Shown here piece by piece: positions 58,011 to 64,000 of a stretch of DNA of 64,000 nt. The translations under genes were made by a program, and so were the position numbers. The first letter of the stretch is position 1, and every line of letters starts with the position of its first letter. A model generated the notes under the pieces. That model was not told where the DNA came from. It saw only the letters and a list, made by a program, of their open reading frames with translations, and ran no database searches. The DNA is from an uncultured Fidelibacterota bacterium (GTDB lineage Bacteria > Fidelibacterota > Marinisomatia > Marinisomatales > TCS55), in the NCBI GenBank assembly GCA_902542445.1, contig CACBUT010000001.1, positions 18,296 through 82,295 on the forward strand. The letters are read 5' to 3'.

Positions 58011-59231
58011 ATGGATTTATTTAAAATAGGAAGTAACATTGCCTCGATGCAGGCCCTCAATAGCTTGTATAAGCTTAATAGCAAGCTATCGGTCCATCAG
58101 GAGCGCTTATCTACGGGTAAGAGGGTTAACTCTGCCCAAGATGATACTGCGGCCTATAGTATTGCGAACAGTTTAAAAACTGCAATCAGATCAAATAATT
58201 CCTATAGCAGAAATGCCAGCAATGCTGAGGCGGTCCTGAACATTCTTGATGGTTCAATGCAAAAACAATTAGAGATATTACAACGACTTAAAACCATTGC
58301 AGTCCAAGGAATGGATACTACCTTAAATAGTGATCAATTAAACAGCCTTAAAAGCCAAGCTAACAACTTAGTCCAGGAACTGAACGCGATTGCTGATTCA
58401 ACCTCATTCAATGGAACTGCGCTGATGAATGATGCAAAAACATTAACCTTCAAAGTTGGAGATAGCTCAGATCAGGATATATCTATCTCACTTAAAAATT
58501 TAAAAGCTGGTTCTAACACACAGGTGTTTTCTGATACATTAGATTTTGGAGGAGGTCTCGATAATGATACTGCAACTACGGGCACTTTAGAAAATGGCAA
58601 GGAATACTATCTTGAGATTAGTGGACAATTTGGATTAGTACCAAATCAATATTCTGACGCACAATATGTAATACAGAGCGGCGGAACGTTTTATTACCAA
58701 GACGCTGAACCATTCCCCGTTACTTGGAATGGTGCATATATAACTGCTAACAGCTCTGTTGAAGGCACATACCAATCTGATAATACTTACCGTTTTAATT
58801 TTACTGGTAGAGGGGCTGTTGAAACATTTTATTATGGCGATCATAATGATCCAGCAGATAATCACGGTCAGTTAACATTTAAAGTTTTTGAGGATGATTA
58901 TAAATTTTCTGATTTAGAAAAATTAGATGACGCTTCTGGTAGAGGATCTTTGGGAAATTCAGCTTCTATTTCCTACATTGATAGTGCCATCACTACCATT
59001 ATTGCAGAGATTCAAAATGTAGGATCCACTCAGGATAGGCTTGTCAATAGAAAAGAGTTTATTGATACCAAGAATGAAAAAGTGGAAGCAGTTAGAAGCA
59101 CCTACGAAGATGCTGACTTTGCGAAAGAACAGATGGAACTTATGAAAGTGCAGATATTGCAACAGACCGCTACCGCTGCTTTATCACAAGCCAATAGCGC
59201 TCCTCAATCAGTGTTGAGTCTGTTTAGATAA
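58011..59231 (+). CDS. fliC: Flagellin
   Basis: N-terminal D0/D1: ERLSTGKRVNSAQDDTAAYSIANSL...LQRLKTIAVQ...FNGTALM. C-terminal: GSTQDRL...DADFAKEQMELMKVQILQQTATAALSQANSAPQSVLSLFR. The non-conserved central domain is rich in G/T/Y/N. Confidence 0.9.
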   Translation: MDLFKIGSNIASMQALNSLYKLNSKLSVHQERLSTGKRVNSAQDDTAAYSIANSLKTAIRSNNSYSRNASNAEAVLNILDGSMQKQLEILQRLKTIAVQGMDTTLNSDQLNSLKSQANNLVQELNAIADSTSFNGTALMNDAKTLTFKVGDSSDQDISISLKNLKAGSNTQVFSDTLDFGGGLDNDTATTGTLENGKEYYLEISGQFGLVPNQYSDAQYVIQSGGTFYYQDAEPFPVTWNGAYITANSSVEGTYQSDNTYRFNFTGRGAVETFYYGDHNDPADNHGQLTFKVFEDDYKFSDLEKLDDASGRGSLGNSASISYIDSAITTIIAEIQNVGSTQDRLVNRKEFIDTKNEKVEAVRSTYEDADFAKEQMELMKVQILQQTATAALSQANSAPQSVLSLFR

Positions 59232-59257
59232 TATACACTAATTATATACACACCGTC
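59232..59257 (+). repeat. Repeat copy 1: TATACAC-N6-TATACACACCGTC immediately after the flagellin stop
   Basis: tatacactaattatatacacaccgtc. Compare copy 2 at 59628-59653 and the half copy at 60807-60819. Confidence 0.8.
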
Positions 59258-59352
59258 TATAATATATTCATATTTATCATTTCACATAAAAACTTTTATT
59301 TTAATTGAATCTTTTATTGATTCATTAGAGATAATTATCATAGTTTTGTTTT

Positions 59353-59535
59353 ATGAAATTTACAATCATACTTACAGTTATTGGTGCTGCTACTGGCTTT
59401 CTATATGCATCCGTTGCTGGTTGTGAAACTGCATGTGCGACAACTGCGTCTCAATATGCGATGAATACAACCGTTTATGGTGCTGTTGCTGGATTAGTCT
59501 TAGCATTCCCAATCAAGAAAAAGCTTAATAAATAA
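59353..59535 (+). CDS. Small two-helix membrane protein with CxxxC between helices (DUF6132-like?)
   Basis: MKFTIILTVIGAATGFLYASVAGCETAC...VYGAVAGLVLAF. Family assignment is from memory only. Confidence 0.45.
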   Translation: MKFTIILTVIGAATGFLYASVAGCETACATTASQYAMNTTVYGAVAGLVLAFPIKKKLNK

Positions 59536-59536
59536 G

Positions 59537-59551
59537 TCGCCTGTCAGGCGA
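59537..59551. terminator. Short GC-rich palindrome (possible bidirectional terminator stem)
   Basis: TCGCCTgtcAGGCGA. There is no T-run on the plus side and a T-rich tail on the minus side. It sits exactly at the junction with the flagellin remnant. Confidence 0.3.
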
Positions 59552-59561
59552 AGAACATCTT

Positions 59562-59627
59562 AACACAGCCGCTGCTTTAGCGCAAGCTAATAGTGCTCCT
59601 CAATCAGTGCTGAGTCTGTTTAGATAG
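59562..59627 (+). pseudogene. 3'-terminal remnant of a second flagellin gene (last 21 codons + stop)
   Basis: Translates to NTAAALAQANSAPQSVLSLFR*, against TATAALSQANSAPQSVLSLFR* at the end of the intact flagellin. About 85 nt of nucleotide similarity (roughly nine-tenths identical by eye) continues into the downstream repeat. Weak similarity may start near 59553. Confidence 0.75.
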
Positions 59628-59653
59628 TATACACTGATTGTATACACACCGTC
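59628..59653 (+). repeat. Repeat copy 2: TATACAC-N6-TATACACACCGTC after the flagellin remnant stop
   Basis: tatacactgattgtatacacaccgtc. Confidence 0.8.
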
Positions 59654-59690
59654 GGTAAATTATTCATTTTTTATATCTAATTCAAATAAT

Positions 59691-60197
59691 TCAATCTAAA
59701 ACAATACTAAAGGTTGCTGAATTCCCGCCTAACCAACTTGCGGTTAAATAGAGTGTGTCCCCTACCATTGAACGTACAGGAGCAATCATATTATTTAATT
59801 CTCCTTTAGCATTGGAATAGCTTATCTGATTAGAGGTTGGTACTTCCATTCCGTTAAAACCAGTTATATAAACCGTATCATAACTAATATAAACCAGTTC
59901 ATCTGTCAATCCTCTCTTTACTATATAGCCAAGAGTATCTCCTAAATACCAGTAAAGATTGCTCTCCCATTCCATCCAAAAATTTTCTAAAGGTTGCTGA
60001 TCCTTATCTTTAATGATAGCAGATACTCTATGCAGAGTTTGCCAACTATCTTTGTTTAAGGATAAATGATAGAAGCCATTAGCATCGCTATCTAATCGCA
60101 TATCAAAGTTGAGAGTGCCATAGTCGTTATTTGATGAGTCTTCACAAGAAATAATTAAAAGCACTGCAAATACTAAACGATGGAGAAGCTTAGTCAT
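59691..60197 (-). CDS. Hypothetical lipoprotein
   Basis: Signal peptide with lipobox-like LLIISC. No other motif. Confidence 0.55.
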   Translation of the reverse strand: MTKLLHRLVFAVLLIISCEDSSNNDYGTLNFDMRLDSDANGFYHLSLNKDSWQTLHRVSAIIKDKDQQPLENFWMEWESNLYWYLGDTLGYIVKRGLTDELVYISYDTVYITGFNGMEVPTSNQISYSNAKGELNNMIAPVRSMVGDTLYLTASWLGGNSATFSIVLD

Positions 60198-60324
60198 TAT
60201 TTATAGCTGTATTTTCTTTTACATAAAACATTGTAATCTAAATGATATAAACTAAAATTATACAAAGTTACTAAAACTACAAAAAATGTAAACGATTTTA
60301 ATATAATAGTTAAAGGAATTTAAA

Positions 60325-60771
60325 ATGAAAAGGGCTCCAAGATACATAGATATAATGATAAATACTGAAATCAGATTTGATACTCATAGGTTATTAAAAT
60401 TTATCAGAGAAAGTAATGAATATGATTTAAATGCTAGTCAATCTAGTCATTCAATTAATGAATTAAAAAAAAATAGAGATAATAAAATAGATATGATAAC
60501 AGATGAGTGGATGATTGATAATTGGGATAAAATCATAAATAAAATCGAATTTTTATATAATGAATGGGATTGCTATTACGATAAAGAAGAGCAATTAGCA
60601 GGATCCACAAATAACATAAGAAATAGAAGTAGCATATACGAAAAAAGGATGGAAATTGAAAAAAATGTCAATCAATTGCTTCATGAGGATATTTTCACTA
60701 AAAGGTTCAAACAAGCATGCTACATCATAATGGATAAAGACCAGAAAAGGCAAAAGAAAGATCAAACATAA
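60325..60771 (+). CDS. Hypothetical protein (charged, helical)
   Basis: Long ORF in an otherwise non-coding patch. No recognisable domain. Confidence 0.4.
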   Translation: MKRAPRYIDIMINTEIRFDTHRLLKFIRESNEYDLNASQSSHSINELKKNRDNKIDMITDEWMIDNWDKIINKIEFLYNEWDCYYDKEEQLAGSTNNIRNRSSIYEKRMEIEKNVNQLLHEDIFTKRFKQACYIIMDKDQKRQKKDQT

Positions 60772-60806
60772 AATTATAAGTATTTTTGTAAAATTCATTT
60801 TAAGTG

Positions 60807-60819
60807 TATACACACCGTC
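60807..60819 (+). repeat. Repeat copy 3 (half copy): TATACACACCGTC
   Basis: tatacacaccgtc followed by tat, as in copy 1. It lies 36 nt after the stop of the 60325-60771 ORF and 376 nt upstream of the integrase-like gene. Confidence 0.7.
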
Positions 60820-61194
60820 TATTAAAAAGAAATTTTTTTTAATATTTTAATATACACAAATACATAAAAGCGATAAAACAAACAGATTTTAAGTTGTAAT
60901 TTTTTTGAAAATTAATATTTTTATTAAATAATTTTTTTTTATTAAAAAAATTTTATCAAAAAAATTAGGCATCTGATAATTCCTAAGTAAATGAATTAAA
61001 AAAATTTTTAAAAAAAAATAAATAATGATCTTTTTAGGGTCTAAAAATTTGAATAACGTTATACGTTATAAATATATATATCTTAGTAGAGCATCATATA
61101 AATATTTAAGATTTGTCGAGCATGAAATAGGATTTAAATAAATTTTGTACTAAATTAATATATAAAATTTTATTTTTTTTAGAGGAAGAAATAA

Positions 61195-62355
61195 ATGGCG
61201 TCCCTGCATAAAAGAGGCAATTTTTGGTATATTAAATACTATTATCAAAAAAAACAATTTTGGATAAAAACAAAACTTCAACATGATATTGTTAGCTTTG
61301 AAAATGCCATGCGTACTTTTACTAAACTTTTTGGTTCTGATGATCTAGCTGATCGCACGATTTATAATCATCAAAGAAAAATTAAAAGAAACCAAAAAAT
61401 CCGCACGTCCATGCAACCTCATCGTATTTCATCCTTTGTTCATATTTTTCTTGATAACCAAAGTTCGAATAATCGTATTAACTATCAATCTGCACTGCGA
61501 CATTTAATTGAACATACCCATGATAAGTACATTTCCAATTTGACACTATCAGGCCTTAAACGGCTTTATATGCAACTACTAAAAGATGGCAAAACTCCTA
61601 ATACTGTTAGTTCAATATTTACTGTTATTAGACTCTTTTTAAAATCATTAAAGCTAAACGACTACAATTATAAATTTCACAATTTAAATTACATTTTATC
61701 ACATTTTAATCAATTTCTCATAACTATACCTAATAAGCGTCCTTCACTTACAGATCTTGAACTTCAGCTTATAGAAAATTTTTTATTCACTGATGATGAT
61801 TCTGATTTTTTATTAGCTTATATGCGTTTTTCTTTAAGCACTGGAGCAAGGCTATCTGAATGCCTAAGAGGGAAAGTAGATAAAGAGATGGAATTTTACG
61901 TTTGGGAATACAGAGATAACCAAAAAAATTATAAGACTTTAACCCTCACATCTATTCAGTATGACCAATGGAAAGTATTGCAAAACAGAATAAGATCAAT
62001 ACATTCTAGCAAACCGCTAAAGATAACAAGAGAAAAAACGACTAATTTAATGAGCAAAAAATTTGCTTTAGCATGCAAAAAAACGTTGCTATATACCAAT
62101 CGAATATTTCTGACAGGCATAGCTATGAAACCAATTGATGTGTATAGCCTTAGCAACACTAAAGTGAATAAATTATCGAGAAGATGTTTACTATTCATGT
62201 ATGCTAAAGCACACAACAAAAATCAAAAGGCTTTAGCTGGTTGGGAAAAAGCCATTGCGATGACTAAAATTTGGAGTTTTCAGTCCTTAAGAAATACGTA
62301 TTTGGAAAAACAAGAATCTGATAAGACTACCAAAATTTTAGAAACCTTATCTTAA
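61195..62355 (+). CDS. Tyrosine recombinase (phage-integrase family) homolog, apparently degenerate or C-terminally truncated
   Basis: N-terminal KRGNFWYIKYYY arm-type motif, SAM-like core-binding region, and box I LSTGARLSE. Box II reads FQSLRNTY instead of H.LRHT. The ORF stops 22 aa later, before the expected GH...Y nucleophile segment. Confidence 0.6.
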   Translation: MASLHKRGNFWYIKYYYQKKQFWIKTKLQHDIVSFENAMRTFTKLFGSDDLADRTIYNHQRKIKRNQKIRTSMQPHRISSFVHIFLDNQSSNNRINYQSALRHLIEHTHDKYISNLTLSGLKRLYMQLLKDGKTPNTVSSIFTVIRLFLKSLKLNDYNYKFHNLNYILSHFNQFLITIPNKRPSLTDLELQLIENFLFTDDDSDFLLAYMRFSLSTGARLSECLRGKVDKEMEFYVWEYRDNQKNYKTLTLTSIQYDQWKVLQNRIRSIHSSKPLKITREKTTNLMSKKFALACKKTLLYTNRIFLTGIAMKPIDVYSLSNTKVNKLSRRCLLFMYAKAHNKNQKALAGWEKAIAMTKIWSFQSLRNTYLEKQESDKTTKILETLS

Positions 62356-62670
62356 AAACATAAGAAAGCATCACAGCAAAATACATATAAAATACTATGC
62401 TCTCTAAAAAAGGAGTAATAGGGATTTTAAATAGAAGCTTAATTATCCAACTAAAGAAATAGTAAAAACACAGAGAATCGACAAAAACCAAGGCAATCTT
62501 CTGAAAGAAACCTAAAGAATCAATAAATTCTCTTAAACCAAACATATCCAAATATAATTCTATTTATGAAACTGAAAGAATAATAAACAATTTTAACATA
62601 ATGAATACACATTAATTTGCGATTTGTTTATATAAATAAATATCTTAAATATTATTATTGCTATACATAG

Positions 62671-63318
62671 CTAAATTCCATCTAAACACTTTATATCATT
62701 ATTTTTCACAGAATTCACATATGATGAGACCTTTCTATAGCTAATATTCTCATACGCATAATTTGTGAAATCATTTGGGTCATTTATAATTTTTTCATTG
62801 TTGATCCATAAACGGTAACCTGCCTCATCAAGAACCATCGGTTCTCTATGGTGTATATCTTTAAGTTCATTTCTCGCTTTTTTAGTAATTATTGTATAGA
62901 CTAGTTTTTTTTCTCCACATTCATTTACATCCCATTTGCAAAGACCAGCCATGGGCATAATGCTTTTATCTGAACAAAAAACAAAATATGGAATTTTTTT
63001 ACCATCAATTGATTTCCATTCATAGTATCCATCGCTAATAACAATACAACGATGTCCATTGATCAGATTTCTAAATGAAATTTTTTTATTTAATGTTTCA
63101 ATTCTAGCATTAAATAGAGGCCTGTAACTTTTACCAAAACCAAATCCCCATCTCATTTGTTTTATTGTCGATTGTTTTTTAAAAACAATGACTTGCGACT
63201 CAAGTGTTGGAGCAATGTTGAAGCTTGGATTGTATTCTTTTTCATGCTCCCATTTGTCAATATTAAACTGTTTTTTTATTTTTTGAGAGTTAGAAAAAAG
63301 TGTCTTTCTGCCGCACAT
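62671..63318 (-). CDS. SOS-response-associated peptidase (SRAP/YedK-type abasic-site processing protein)
   Basis: N-terminal MCGR (catalytic Cys2), NIAPT, MRWGF, FNARIET, GYYEW, HHREPMVL. Confidence 0.87.
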   Translation of the reverse strand: MCGRKTLFSNSQKIKKQFNIDKWEHEKEYNPSFNIAPTLESQVIVFKKQSTIKQMRWGFGFGKSYRPLFNARIETLNKKISFRNLINGHRCIVISDGYYEWKSIDGKKIPYFVFCSDKSIMPMAGLCKWDVNECGEKKLVYTIITKKARNELKDIHHREPMVLDEAGYRLWINNEKIINDPNDFTNYAYENISYRKVSSYVNSVKNNDIKCLDGI

Positions 63319-63573
63319 TAGTAAAGATTATCCTCTTATTATTCATTTAATAATGCATTTATAAAAAATTTACATAAAAACTAAATATTTGGTGCGATTA
63401 ATAATTTAAAAAACCTAATATTGTGCGTGAAATTAATGAATTATTGTATATTTTCGAAAAATATGAGGGCATGCTAAAAGCCCCGGCAATAATCATGGAT
63501 ATGTCCAGCACATTTCTTACTGACATATCAAAAAGACTTCAATTTAAATCAATACAAAACTAAGGAGAAAATA

Positions 63574-64000
63574 ATGAAAAAGTTCTCGATAGCGCTTGTT
63601 TCTTTGCTATTTCCAGCATTGATCCTCGCGCAAAACTCGGTATCGGGTACTGTAACAGACGCGACCTCTGGTCAGGCCTTAGCTGGAGCAAATGTTGTGC
63701 TTGAAGGTACAAGCCTTGGAGCGGCAGCAGATGCTGATGGTTCATATGCCATTACAGATGTTCCAAACGGAACTTACACTGTTACAGCAAGCGTCATTGG
63801 TTATGCGCAATCAAGTCAAAGCGTTGATATTAGCTCAGATGCAACGGTTAACTTTTCTATGAGAGTTGAAGCCGTTGGCCTTCAACAAGTAGAGGTTGTT
63901 TCATCTCGATCTGATGAAAGAGCGCCAGTTGCATTTACAACAGTCACCAAACAAGAAATGCAGCTAAGACTTGCATCAAGGGACATTCCAATGGCTCTTG
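63574..64000 (+). CDS. TonB-dependent receptor, N-terminal part (signal peptide + CarboxypepD_reg-like domain + start of plug); continues beyond window
   Basis: Absent from the track (no stop in window). AAGGAG at 63562-63567, then MKKFSIALVSLLFPALILAQNSVSGTVTDATSGQALAGANVVLEGTSLGAAADADGSYAITDVPNGTYTVTASVIGY...VEVVSSRS. Confidence 0.8.
   Translation, partial: MKKFSIALVSLLFPALILAQNSVSGTVTDATSGQALAGANVVLEGTSLGAAADADGSYAITDVPNGTYTVTASVIGYAQSSQSVDISSDATVNFSMRVEAVGLQQVEVVSSRSDERAPVAFTTVTKQEMQLRLASRDIPMAL

Noticed and set aside
62327-62551. 74-aa hydrophobic ORF on the minus strand, overlapping the 3' end of the integrase homolog.
   Set aside because: It could be a small membrane protein. However, it overlaps another gene convergently, has no visible ribosome-binding site or motif, and its composition fits chance ORFs in AT-rich DNA. 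Not reported as a feature.
63319-63573. A possible riboswitch or leader upstream of the TonB-dependent receptor (255-nt gap).
   Set aside because: I found no B12 box (GCCACTG-like), no TPP CTGAGA/ACCTGA core, and no other riboswitch core I recognise. There is only a weak GGGC...GCCC stem. A covariance-model scan would be needed.

Overview
The window is a visibly AT-rich bacterial chromosome segment. The taxon cannot be fixed from sequence alone. A TonB-dependent receptor with a CarboxypepD_reg-type N-terminus and a PEGA protein give it an FCB-group or Marinimicrobia-like flavour.

Positions 1-47495 form one uninterrupted minus-strand array of 44 tightly packed genes, many with 1-11 nt start/stop overlaps. 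I read it as a giant surface-glycan locus containing:
- a GDP-6-deoxyhexose/C-methyl module
- two diverged NeuB-type nonulosonic-acid synthases
- four cytidylyltransferase domains
- three DegT aminotransferases in the array, with a fourth at 50620-51735
- a formyltransferase and about five SAM methyltransferases
- two paralogous radical SAM/SPASM enzymes
- a FemAB-like protein and an aminopeptidase-like protein
- a sulfotransferase plus a PAPS synthase
- a PglK-like ABC exporter
- an HpcH aldolase / KdsB-like module
- a Wzz with an N-terminal HTH, and Wza

Embedded in the array is an apt-mtnP-mtnA-aldolase/SDR cluster that looks like a salvage route for SAM by-products.

A divergent intergenic region at about 47.6 kb is followed by, in order:
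- rfbB-gpmA-rfbA
- the fourth DegT gene
- an orphan DNA-methyltransferase homolog with degenerate motifs
- yqeY-like, cvpA-like and dnaG genes
- a PEGA protein, a secreted protein and galE
- tRNA-Met(CAT) with a terminator
- a flagellin gene with a sigma28-like promoter

Downstream of the flagellin lies a patchwork region:
- a small membrane protein
- a 3' remnant of a second flagellin gene
- a TATACACACCGTC motif present three times in direct orientation
- a lipoprotein and a hypothetical protein
- a tyrosine-recombinase homolog that appears to lack its catalytic Tyr region
- an SRAP/YedK gene
- the start of a TonB-dependent receptor

I saw no CRISPR array, rRNA, or recognisable defence or toxin-antitoxin system. 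All functional calls come from reading motifs in the translations by eye. No database search was run.
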